Of a stretch of DNA of 64,000 nucleotides, positions 39,701-51,700 are shown one piece after another; the stretch's first letter is position 1; each line of letters starts with the position of its first letter. Origin of the DNA: Lytechinus pictus (taxonomy: Eukaryota); assembly GCF_037042905.1 (NCBI RefSeq), contig NC_087250.1, positions 12,092,001-12,156,000 on the forward strand, given 5' to 3'. The notes under the pieces are model-generated. The model did not search any database. It was not told where the DNA came from and worked only from the letters and a program-made list of their open reading frames with translations. The position numbers and the translations under genes are program-made.

Positions 39701-42700
39701 AAACCAAACAGGCTACAAGAATCACAACTTGACAGAGGTGCTGTTTCTTTGTTAAGCACCTGCATCAGATGTTGATTAAGTGCACCTTAAACTCTGCCCC
39801 TTTCCCCCTCCCCCCCACATCGACCCTATTTCAGATGATTGAAGGGTAACAATTTCAGCATTATTTCTTTGTCCTGTAAATTATAAAACCAAGAAATTTT
39901 AAACTTCTTGTACATTATTCTTACATCCGGAATACAGAATAAGTGCTTGATATTCAATTGTTTCAAAGCGACATCATCAACAGCTTTCATGGGGAATCGG
40001 ACACCGTGCATGTGATTATCAATTCATGAATTTCATGAAACGGTCAGAGTGCAAGAAGCCGAGGTCAAAAACCGTTTATGAGTGGGATAACTTTGTGGCC
40101 GTGCTCCACCTATGTGAAATTCTCAGTTATTAATTGTAATGCTTCTCACTATTCAGGAGTTAAAACCTTGTAATAAAGAAATCCCCATGAGAGTTACAGA
40201 TGATAATGCATTCAACATCAAAGGAAAGAGGAAGGGACTGGAATGACTCTAGTGATCCTGAAGCGTTGCAGAAGCAGATGCCACATCCAAGGGTATATCA
40301 CTTCTCTCCATTGGGCCAGGGAGTGGCATTTCTGCTCCCCTTTCCTCATCCTCAATGCCTTCTTTGGTGTCATTGGTCTCTTTCACGGGCCCCGACCCGA
40401 GACCGTTCCCCAGAACGTTCTTCAAAAGCTGTGCCTTGGGCCGGTCGATCCCCTGGACGATCTGCCGGTACCGCCTCGCTTCTTCCGCGTACTTCTTCGC
40501 GTCATTCAAAACGTGTTCCGCCTTGAGGAAGATGTCTTTCCTGCCGAGGTCGTTCTTGCTCTTGTACCCGTGCTTCCGCAGAAACTCCTCCCTCCCGTCC
40601 TCCCCGTCCAACTCCACCTCATCCTCCACCGGCTCCAAATCCTCCTGCTCATCATCATCTTCATCCCCCTCATACCCCTCATCAACATCAAACTTATTTA
40701 ACATCCCGTCCCAACGTTTTATTACCTCTTCAGCGTCCTCCTCCCAGAAGTTCTTTTTGGCGAATTCCAGCATCTTGTTTTCCATCTCGACGAGGCGGCG
40801 GTACCGGGACACGTCAGTCCTCGGGACGAACTCCAGGTCGGCGTCTTTCATGCTTTTGTAGAAGGCAATGTTCTGAAGCATCACCTCGTCCTCAGGGAGG
40901 AGGAGGAGAAACGAGAGGGCGCTCTTCACAGCATTCTGGACATCGTCGACTGATGGAAAGAACAGAGACAAAATTCTATGAACTTACTATGTTAATACTT
41001 ATAATAATAATAAATAAATAAAATATATAAATAAATACACAATTTTTCAGGATATCATATTCATGATAACACCTGCATATCATTCCACTGGGTAAGGGAC
41101 CAGGGTTAGGGTTAGGACTTGGACATTATTACCCCCACTTCAGCTCCGAAGCCTTTTACTGCAACAAGAATTGTGAGGAATCAATTTCCTGCCAGGTTCC
41201 TATTTACCTCACCTGGATTGAGTGCGGAAAAATGTGGATTAATTTCTTGCTGAAGGAAATCATGCCATGGCTGGGGTTTGAGCCAAATTCATTCCATAAA
41301 ACACATTTTTATATATCCTAAAAATAATCTGGCAATGAATTGGTTAATTGGTAAATGGTAATGGTGATGATTTTTTACCTGATTGCTAAGAAAGCATGAT
41401 TGCTTGTAAGCAAGCAACCAGAGGACTGACAGCTTAAGGTCCACTCCGAGGGACCTGGTAATGAGGATTAATGCCTTACCAAAGGACACTAGCTCAACAA
41501 GTGGAAATCGAACCCAGGTCACCAGAATCCGAACCCCCCGTTCTACCAACTGAGCTATCGCACCTCAAATCAGACATTTTGGAGTGGGTTTTACAAAAAA
41601 CTTTTTAAAATATACTTTATAATTAATGTTTTCTCTTACCTTTATAATATGCAAATTGCAGGAAATGGTAGTGACTTGCAAGATAATCATCCACAAGCTT
41701 ACTATTGATCCGAGAAAGCCAGCTTTCACATTGGTTCTTGCAATATAAAGTTGACGCATAATGATCTGTCGGATGAAATAAAAAAAAAATAATAATAATA
41801 ATGTTATTGTTAACCTTATAGCAGCTTTCATCAGGGTCCTGTTTCATTAAGATTAGTGAACAACTTTACTATCAGCCAATCAAATTCAAGGATTTCAGTA
41901 GCTCTAATTAATGATTCATGAAACAGGCCACTGGCCTCTAAAGAGGGTTTCAATTTAAAATTGTAAAATAAACACCACTTGGTACATGTACATACCCAAC
42001 CCGCTTGTTTACTTTCCTTTTGGTCTCATACATGATCTAAGATTTTGCCTCCAACCAGTTTGAAGTTTTGGTAATCATTCTTTGTTTTTGTTATTTTGTA
42101 TGCTTTTGGGGGAAAAACATCAATATTTAGGGAGTCAAAACCTGGCCAATACTACAATTTGATATCAAATTAAAGATGGTTTATTCTGTTTGATGACCGA
42201 AAAATAAGTGGTTCAAAATATTTCAAAGGAAAAAGAAAAATGGTCGCATGGTAACTTTCACTTTTCAAGAGATTTCTTCCAGACTGATAGGCCTGCTTTA
42301 TTCCTTCACAGTTACTTGTCATGTTAAACAATATGAAAATATGAATTCTCCAATTCTGAAAGGACCAAAAATGGTTGTGATGTTGATACAGGAGTATTGA
42401 ATTAATAATAAAGACAAAATAACTAGAGAGAATTTTATAAAACGCTGTTGTATTACTGTCAAAAGTTTAAACCATGTTAAATCCATTGAAGATTAATTAT
42501 CTAATGTTAAACTTTGTAGTTTAACAATTTAAATTGTTAAACAACTATAAATGTTATGTTCGAATTAGTAAAAAAGCTTTGTATGGAAATTTTAGACAAC
42601 GTTTTTAATGCGTTAACTGTATTCATTTCTGTACACATGTACACAAACTACACTGTACATGAAAATTTGATAGAATGAATCGTCCCAAAACACTTTTCCG

Positions 42701-45700
42701 CTGATCATTCCAACAGGTGTAGATTGATGGATAAGACCCAAACAGAACTTGACCTTTGACATTTGGATGAGATTACAACTATTTATTGGGACCCAGCAAG
42801 ATCACAGCATCACAAAACAGAAACAAACTCTGACAATTTGAAGATAAACTACTCTCCATAGATTTCAATTGAGCATGAAACACGCTCATTCCCTGTGAAG
42901 ATATTGTATGCGTGCCTTTATTGGGTGCAACTACACTAAATTGACAGATAAAATGAACTAGAGTTTAAAGGGAAAGTTTATTGTAAAAATAGCAGAAAAA
43001 ATAATTAAAGGTTTGAAGATATACCACCAAAGATCTACATGTACATGTAAAAGGATATTAGGATATATATTTTTTATTCCTCGCATCACTTGCGAGCAGC
43101 TACTCCAAATATTGAGAAGTAAAAAAAATGATATGTTATTTTCTCAAAATATTGAAAATGCTTTTTTATTTTACACTCAGTATATCAACATACAAATCAT
43201 TTCACAAACGCTCCTGAAAGAAGAATATTTTCGTCATCATGATCATGAACCATTAAAAAAATTGAAATTCATGCCTTACATTATATAACATTAGGGATAG
43301 CTGCTCATATATACACGTGTGATGTCACAAAGCAAAAACCTCCTTTCTTCCATCTTTGATGGGTTTTCCTCAAACCTTTCCCAATAAAAATTATTGGGTA
43401 TTTTTTTTTTTTTTTTTTGGGGGGGGTATTTTTATAACAATCTTTTTTGGTCAGGATGAACTTCCCCTTTAAGATAAACCATGACATAATCTGAGGTAGA
43501 TACTGTATGAAGCCATACATTATATAAATTTATATTAATTTATAAAACAAAACATCCATTTGACTTTAAAACAAAAAGTCTTCCATTTTTTATCAAATAG
43601 TTTTCTTCAAAGAATAGAGAATTTACATTACATTGGATGTCACATATTAATCAGAGATATTGCAAGAGTTGGAACCTACATCGGCCTACATGTACAGTAT
43701 ATTGCATGAATCTGAGTGCATTGTAGTACAGGTCCAAGAGAGCTTTGATAGCAATGGGGAAAGAGATATGAATAGGTGGTTTCAAACCGCCTCGATCACA
43801 AGGATCCCCGTTAAATTACGAGAACTTTTTTAGGCTGAAAAATACCCATTAAATATTTCTGCATTCACACCGCCCTGAAACATACCCTTCCGGATAAGTT
43901 CCTGAAGTTACGAGCATGCGCAGTATGGTCTGATAAGCAGGCAAGGCGCGAGATTCAAAATCACTAGCCCAGCAGCCACCCACGGCGCCGCACCCAACGA
44001 CACGCTGGGCTAAAAGTTCCCATAATTTGCTTTCACATCGCCAAAATACCTGCGACCTTGGAAAAATCCCCGCGAAAGTTCTTGTAATTTCGCCAAGTAC
44101 CTACTATTTAGCGGGTATTTTCTTTCGGGGAAATTACGCGTAGTTTGCTTTCACATTACCAAAATACCTGGTATTTTCTGATCGGGGTAAATTTCCCGAT
44201 CAGAGAATACCTGGAACTGACGAACTTCGAGGCGGTCTGAAACCACCTAATGACCAGATGGCCAAGTGGTACATGTAGTATAGATCTCCAAATACCATTA
44301 CCAAATATTGCAATAGAGAATGATTATCAATCAGGCAGTTGGGCCGACTTGGCCTTGGTCACTGGTAGGGGTGAGCTGGGTTGATGCAGGGTGAAATTAT
44401 TGAGTTTGAGTTTGGAATGGATGGAGGAGGGGTGGGAAGGGGAGGGGGGTAGCCTCTTGAGATATTGAAATGGAAATTGATGAGGGTGAGGGCTTGGTGA
44501 GGGGGGGGTTAGCCTAGGTCACTGGTACGGGTAGCAGGGATGAGGCGGGGTGAAATTGAGTTCAAGTTTGGAATGGATGAAGGAGAGGTGGGAGGGAGGG
44601 GGTAGGGTTTGGAGATTGGCATCTTGAATAAGTGAAATGAAGGTGCTGGCGCGGGAGGGTGAGGGCTTGGTTATGGGGGGGGGGGTACTTACTTAGCCTT
44701 GGTCATTGGTATGGCAGCACGGCTGATGCTGGGTGAAATGGGTTTGATTTTGGAATGGATGAAGAAGTGGTGGGGAGGGGAGTGGCAGGGGCTAAGTCTC
44801 GGGGGGGAGGGGTACTTGGCCTTGGTAGGGGTAGCTGAGATGAGATAGTGTGAAGTAGATGAAGGAGAGGTGGGAGGGGGAGGGTGAGAGGTTCGCATCT
44901 GGGGTATGTACAGTGCGTCCCACAAAAAACGAAACCGAGATTTATCGATGATTTATCATAACTTAATCGCAAATACAATAGACAAATGACCTACCATTGT
45001 AAAGCTTAGAATGAATAGAATCTCCCCTTTCATCTGAAATTACTTAGATTATTTCTCATTCACGCATGAGTGAGCAAAAACAATTTGAAAAGGGGATACC
45101 AAAAAGGTCACTTGGCGGGCCGTATCTGGGTTTTAAAAAGAAAACCACATTTTTTAAAAGTTCAATATCTGCTCTTTAATTTGATACCTCAATTACAGAA
45201 AATGGTCAAGAAATAACAAAGTTCTGGTTATTTGAAATAAGGCTTGAATTTCAATAATTTCATAAAATGAAGAGGTTTTACAGGCTAGCGTTCAAACTCA
45301 CTCGACACTCCGTTTTGTTGACGATCAGCCACGCATTAAGTCTTTTGATACCGTGCGATAGCTTCTGTGGGAAACCGGTGAAAACACGTTTATTTAATGA
45401 AATTATGGAAATACAAGCATTGTTTCGAGGGATCATAACTTTTCTACTACTTGACCATTTTCTGTGATTTAGGTATCAAAGAAAAGAGAAGATATTGAAC
45501 TTTTTAGTTAATGTGATTTTCTTTTTGAAATTCAGATACCCCCGCCAAATGAGTTTTTGGCATCCTTTCTTCGAATTGTTTTTGCTCAATCATACGTGAA
45601 TGAGGAATAATCTAAGTAATACCAGATGAAAGAGGAGATTCTAAGCTTTACATTGGTAGGTCATTTGTCTATTTTATTTATGATTAAGTTATGATAAATC

Positions 45701-48700
45701 ATCGCTAAATCTCGGTTTCGTTTTTTCTGGGATGCACTGTACATGGACTGGAAATGGGAAATACATGTACATGTTGATAAGGGAGGCCGTTGGAGGGTGG
45801 GGGCTGGCGGGGGAAGGGGGGGTACATGTACTTGACCGACAATGAAACCAAATATCGACCAGCACTTACAGAGTATAAAAGAAACTACAGAATGATTCAT
45901 TCAGGCAATGTGGCTACATGTACTCGATCTTAGTCTAAACACAGGCCTTTGAATTTTGCATACATGTAGTTTCTAATGCCCAGTCTTTATTAGGAGACTA
46001 GATTCGTTCAAGCACATGTGCTGGGGTAGGTTTGAAATCTGGTCTCCCTTGACATGTATCAAGTATTTTAAGTGTCAAATTTGAGTCTGTGATTGGAGAC
46101 TAAACTCTCTCTCGGCCACAATACAGCTGACAATTTTATCCTGCTAATTTCCTGAATTCGTTCTATCCTTGGAGTTTATAATTAGGACAGTTTGATCGAT
46201 TTCTAGAAAAAAAATTCACCGTCAATTAATGCAGTCCAAGTTGTCATGGCCGACGTTCTCTGGCTGCTAATTGATAGGCCACAGACAATTTCAAAAATTC
46301 AACCATGTGGTTGGTAACATCTGGGGAACAGTCCCAAAAAGTTTTCTTTGTGGATCCATTAAAGGGAAGGTTCATCCGGACAAAAATTTTTTTTTTTTTT
46401 ACAACCACACCAATACAAGTAAGCTATGATCTCAAGATTAAAGGGGAAGTTCACTTCACCCTGACAAATTGTAAAACTAGCAGAAAAAATAGGCCTTAAA
46501 AATACTGGTATAAAAAAGTTTGAGGAAAGTTCATTGAATATCGAAAAAAAATACAAGAATTGCATTTTTTGTTTGTTTTTTTGTTATATGCAAGCAGCTC
46601 CCTGTATACATCAATAAAACATCTTCAAAAAAAGAAAAAAATCTTTTTTATTTTGTACCTTCAGTATAGGAACAGACAAATCATTTCACACCCACATCTG
46701 AATTTCTTACAGAAACAAATGTTTAGTCATCCATTGATGATTGATCTCTCCAATCCATCTCACCCCCCCCCCCCCCCCCCGTCTCTCTCCCTCTCTTTTT
46801 TTATCTCCCTTTATGTCTGTCTTTCTTCCTCTCTCTTCTAACAAATTGTCCATTAGCTCCATTCTCACCCTACATGCAGACATGAAAAATATGGATGTAA
46901 TTAAATCAATAGGAGCTATAAATCAGCTTTCATACATTATGAATCAATATCAATGAATGACTGCCCCATTCACATCAGGAAAACCTTAAATCTTTCATTT
47001 CCCTTTTTCTCTTTTCTTTTACTTTTTATTTTCACTCAATGCACTGTAAAAGCGCTGTTTAAAATTTCAAGCACATTGTTTAAGCCTGTCACTCTAACAA
47101 CTATTGTTTGAACTTTTAACACATCTGTTAAAACTATTAATAAACAAGTTTTTTTAACAAATTTAAACAATTACAAAAAAGTTTAAACAAGTTTTTTTTT
47201 TTTACCGTGTAGATTCACAAAATTGATCAAGAGAATATGTATCAAAGTATTAGTTCCCTCATTTATTCAGCCAAGGATTTGCATGGGAGGATTATTCTAA
47301 TGAAAATATTGATGGTAAATTTAACAAACAATCATGGAAAAAAATTGTTGACTATTGCTGCATTTGTATATAACGCTCTGTGTATTTCCATTTTATTCTC
47401 CCTCTCATTTTTTTTAGTCTGACAAGAACTTGCATGGGGATTAGAAAGATTATTCAAATGAAATTATTGCTGGTAAATCTACCAAACAATCCTGGAAAAC
47501 AAAAATTATTGATTATTGCCGCATTTTTACAATGCTCTGCGTACAGTATCTCCATAATAAAAGTCCATCCTCTGCTGTAAGAACTCTCAAGACATGTTAT
47601 TGCAAGTACTTTTATAATAGGAAAGGTTCCTGAAAACACTGACCATGAGTGAACTCTAATTTATCTCTGGAATGTAAAATGATTGACTAATAGATAGAAT
47701 CATGCTTTGTTAATAAAGGTTTTAAAAGAGATTTTATTGATATGAGATGGTTTATTGGAGGAACGCAGGGTATTGATTTGGAAAACAGTGCGATCCCTCT
47801 GCTCTGTATCCTACATACAGTATAATCTTGGCGGAGGCTGCAGCTTTTGTATTTGCCGTTAAAGGTGTGATGCTGTAATGTGACTGCTCAGCAATACGTC
47901 ACATGTGTAAAACTTCTGTACGGCTGAATACACTCCAGACTAGCATTAGTCGTTTTCTTTTTATTGATACATGTCCAGTGGCAGTTTCTTGTATGAAAAA
48001 CCTGCACCGAATCCTCATTGATAAGAAATACAAGTGGAATGCCTCTGGCCATCTCACCTGCATCACGCGATTCAATATAGCAGCAGTGATGTTCAGTGAT
48101 ACTTGGTTACTCTTATTTCCACGTTTTATGAACTAGACCAATACACTTATAGAGATATGATGGCAATTCAACAAATACCCCCAACGTGGCCAAAGTTCTT
48201 TGACCTTACATGACCTTTGACCTTGATCATGTCACCTGAAACTCGCACAGGATGTTCAGTGATACTTGATTACTATTATGTCCAAGTTTTATGAACTAGA
48301 CCAACACACTTTCAAATTTATGGCTGTAATTCAACAAATACCCCAATTTGGCCAAAGTTCATTGACCCTAAATGACCTTTGACCTTGATCATGTGACCTG
48401 AAACTTGCACAGGATGTTCAGTAATACTTGATTACTATTATGTCCAAGTTTCATGAATCAGATCCATAAACTTTCAAAGTTATGATGGTAATTCAACAGA
48501 TACCCCCAATTCGGCCAAAGTTCATTGACCCTAAATGACCTTTGACCTTGGTCATGTGATGTGAAACTCATGCAGGATGTTCAGTGATACTTGATTAACC
48601 TTATGTATAAGTTTCATGAACTAGGTCCATATATTTTCTAAGTTATGATGACATTTCAAAAACTTAACCTTAGGTTAAGATTTTGATGTTGATTCCCCCA

Positions 48701-51700
48701 ACATGGTCTAAGTTCATTGACCCTAAATGACCTTTGACCTTGGTCATGTGACATGAAACTCAGGCAGGATGTTCAGTAATACTTGATTAACCTTATGGCC
48801 AAGTTTCATGAACTAGGTCCATATACTTTCTAAGTTATGCTGTCATTTCAAAAACTTAACCTCAGGTTAAGATTTGGTGTTGACGCCGCCGCCGCCGTCG
48901 CCGCCGCCGTCGGAAAAGCGGCGCCTATAGTCTCACTCTGCTATGCAGGTGAGACAAAAACGACAACTAGACGTGAGACGTGGGCATATGCCAGGCAACA
49001 AAAAATACTTTTTTTATTCTGGGGGATATTTTTTGCAATTTACTGCCTAAATCTGCAACATTGGATAAGTTTTTAACGTTGCAATAAATGGGGATTTCCC
49101 GGGCTCCCTCTTTTGAAGTTTTCCAGTGCTATTTTGTGCATTTCGGGGGCTAAAACGCCCCAGCCGCCGTGTACTTTTTTCCGTGGTTACATGTATATAT
49201 TATGCAGTGGCTGCTTCATAGTCTTCTGCATCAGATGTATAGTAGGGTAATTCCATAAAATAATCAACCTTTTTGTACATCCGACCCCCATTTTTCTCAA
49301 GTTTTTCTTCACTTCCTGAACTGAACAATTCATAATCATTTGAGAGCATTTATACAGACTGTGAAAAGAACAAGAAATCAGATTGAGAGACAGAAAATTT
49401 CAAGATGGTCCCACAAACATGGGGTCGGATGTACATATTTTATGAAATTGCCGTTTTGTTTACGTTTACCATAATAGCTGCAGACTCCGCCTAAAATATA
49501 GGCTACATCGGTGATAGACAGTGACTCAATTCAGTTATTAGGCCTATACATCCCTTGAACTTTATTAAAGCCATAAGAAAAATACACAGCTTCCTGGGAA
49601 TATCCTCCAATAGCCTTCGAGGTCTACACATGTTTCTATGAATTGTGACCAGTGAATTAATGCAAAATTAATGTTCACTTATTAAATGCAAAAGAGTTCA
49701 TTCCTCTTGGAGTAAGACTATATTTTGTTTTTGGAGTGAACTTTGAGTGAAAATGTAGATGGACAGTGGCTTCAAAAGAGGTAAAGTTACTTTATCTCTT
49801 TTAAAGCGACTTCCCATTTACATTTTCACTCGAAAATGAGCTAATAATTCACTCTCATAAGATGCAAACCTCACCCGAAATGGACCGGTACATAGTCTTG
49901 CTCCAAGAGGAATGTGATTAGGGGCCGTGTTAGCTCTCTTGAATTTAACTCATTGAGAGGATTGCTTTTGATATCAAATGTTAAAAAGTGAAAGCATAAG
50001 TTTACTAGGTGAAGGTGTATTAAAACGGTATCATTCAATTGAATATTTTTAAAGCAAGCACACTGAAATAATGGCAGGAAAGCAATCACTCCTCAACAAT
50101 ACAAGTGTATGATTTTTTTTTTTTTTCGTTTTTATTCTATTCCCCAAAATAATAAATCTACCTCGGCATACTCCTTCAAAAATAGAATTGTATGAAATGT
50201 ACATTGGGAGAATACTGTACCCATTGTTTCATACACAAAAATAAGTTATTTTCCGAGAGATAAGTGCAGAGCTGAATATTAGGAAGTTGAAAATAAAATC
50301 ATTTGGCATCAATTTGGAATCAAATATCAACGCACTGTCCCATTTTTCAACCAATTTTCTTAAAAATGAAACCATATGATATCGATCAGGACAACATTCT
50401 GCTTCAAATGAGATATGTCAAACTTGATTCTGAAATAATCACCCATTTTTTAACCCCTGTAAAAGCCCACCTCTAATACTAAATAGCTATGAAACAAGAA
50501 CTTTTCCTGTAGAGTACTTACTTTAGTTTCTCTATAAACTTATAGGCTGATCATGGAGCTACTAACGTTAGTAGCTCCATGGGCTGATGTATTCTCTGAA
50601 TTGTCAATATATCTGACAGATTTTAAGGCTAGTTTAATAGCTATTTATGTACACAGTCAATCACAACACTGTACACCATTCGCTATACGTTTAAAAGACA
50701 AAGGGCCTTTCACACGTGAATCTTAAATCATCATTGCAATGATGATTGCTATTGTAATCGTGACTGTGATTAGCGTTCATGATTCTAATCATGTTCTAGT
50801 TTGATTGCATGCGTGCTAAATATTCGTCATGAGCCTTCTTTTTCACTGGAATCATCATTCAAATTACGATTTTTTTTTACCGTGTGAAAGGGCGGAAAAT
50901 ATATTAAAGGGGCTTTTCACACGTAAATCTTGAATCATCATTGTAATGATGATTCATTGCAATTCGTCTTAAGAATCACCTGACCTTTCACATGGAAAAT
51001 TTGTACCGCAATTTGAGTGACACTTGACTGGAATTCATCTCCTGAGTAGAATTTGAATTCGTGATTGTGATTAGCGTTTGTGATTCTAGTTTGGTTTCAC
51101 ATGAGCTAAAAATTTGTCATTAGGGCCTATCCTTGTTTTTCACTGGAATGATCATTCAAATTACGATTTTTTTTTACAGTGTGAAAGGGCGAAAAGAAAG
51201 CACATAAAAAGGTAAAAGTTTCTCATGTACTCGCATGCAATAGCCTCAGATAGATCCATGAATTCACGATTGTCATACTTCCTCTCACTCATCACATTGC
51301 ATACTTTCATTTAGTCTAATGCCAGTCCATCCATCAACATTTCGTCTAAACAACCATTTGGTCCAATAACCATTTGGTCCAATCATCACTTCGTCTAATC
51401 ACCATTTCGTCTATGACCATTTCGTCTCATAACCAGTTGGTCTAATATCCATTTCATTTTCATTCATTTTGCACAATTTTAAACACTTTTTCCAATTAGA
51501 CCAAATGGTATATTGACTAGATGGCTATTAGACCAACTGTTTATTAGACGTAATGGTGAGTGGACAAATTGGCAATTACATGTAGACCATGTGGATAGTT
51601 TGCGAACTGATGGTAGACCGAATAATAGTAGACGAATTAGCATTAGACAAATTATAGGAAATAAATCGATCTACTCACATGCAATAGCCTCATATAGGTC

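Noticed and set aside
48082..48860. Regular repeat array superficially like a CRISPR array
   Set aside because: Whole ~162-bp units are repeated with no unique spacers, there are no cas genes, and the context is a eukaryotic intron.
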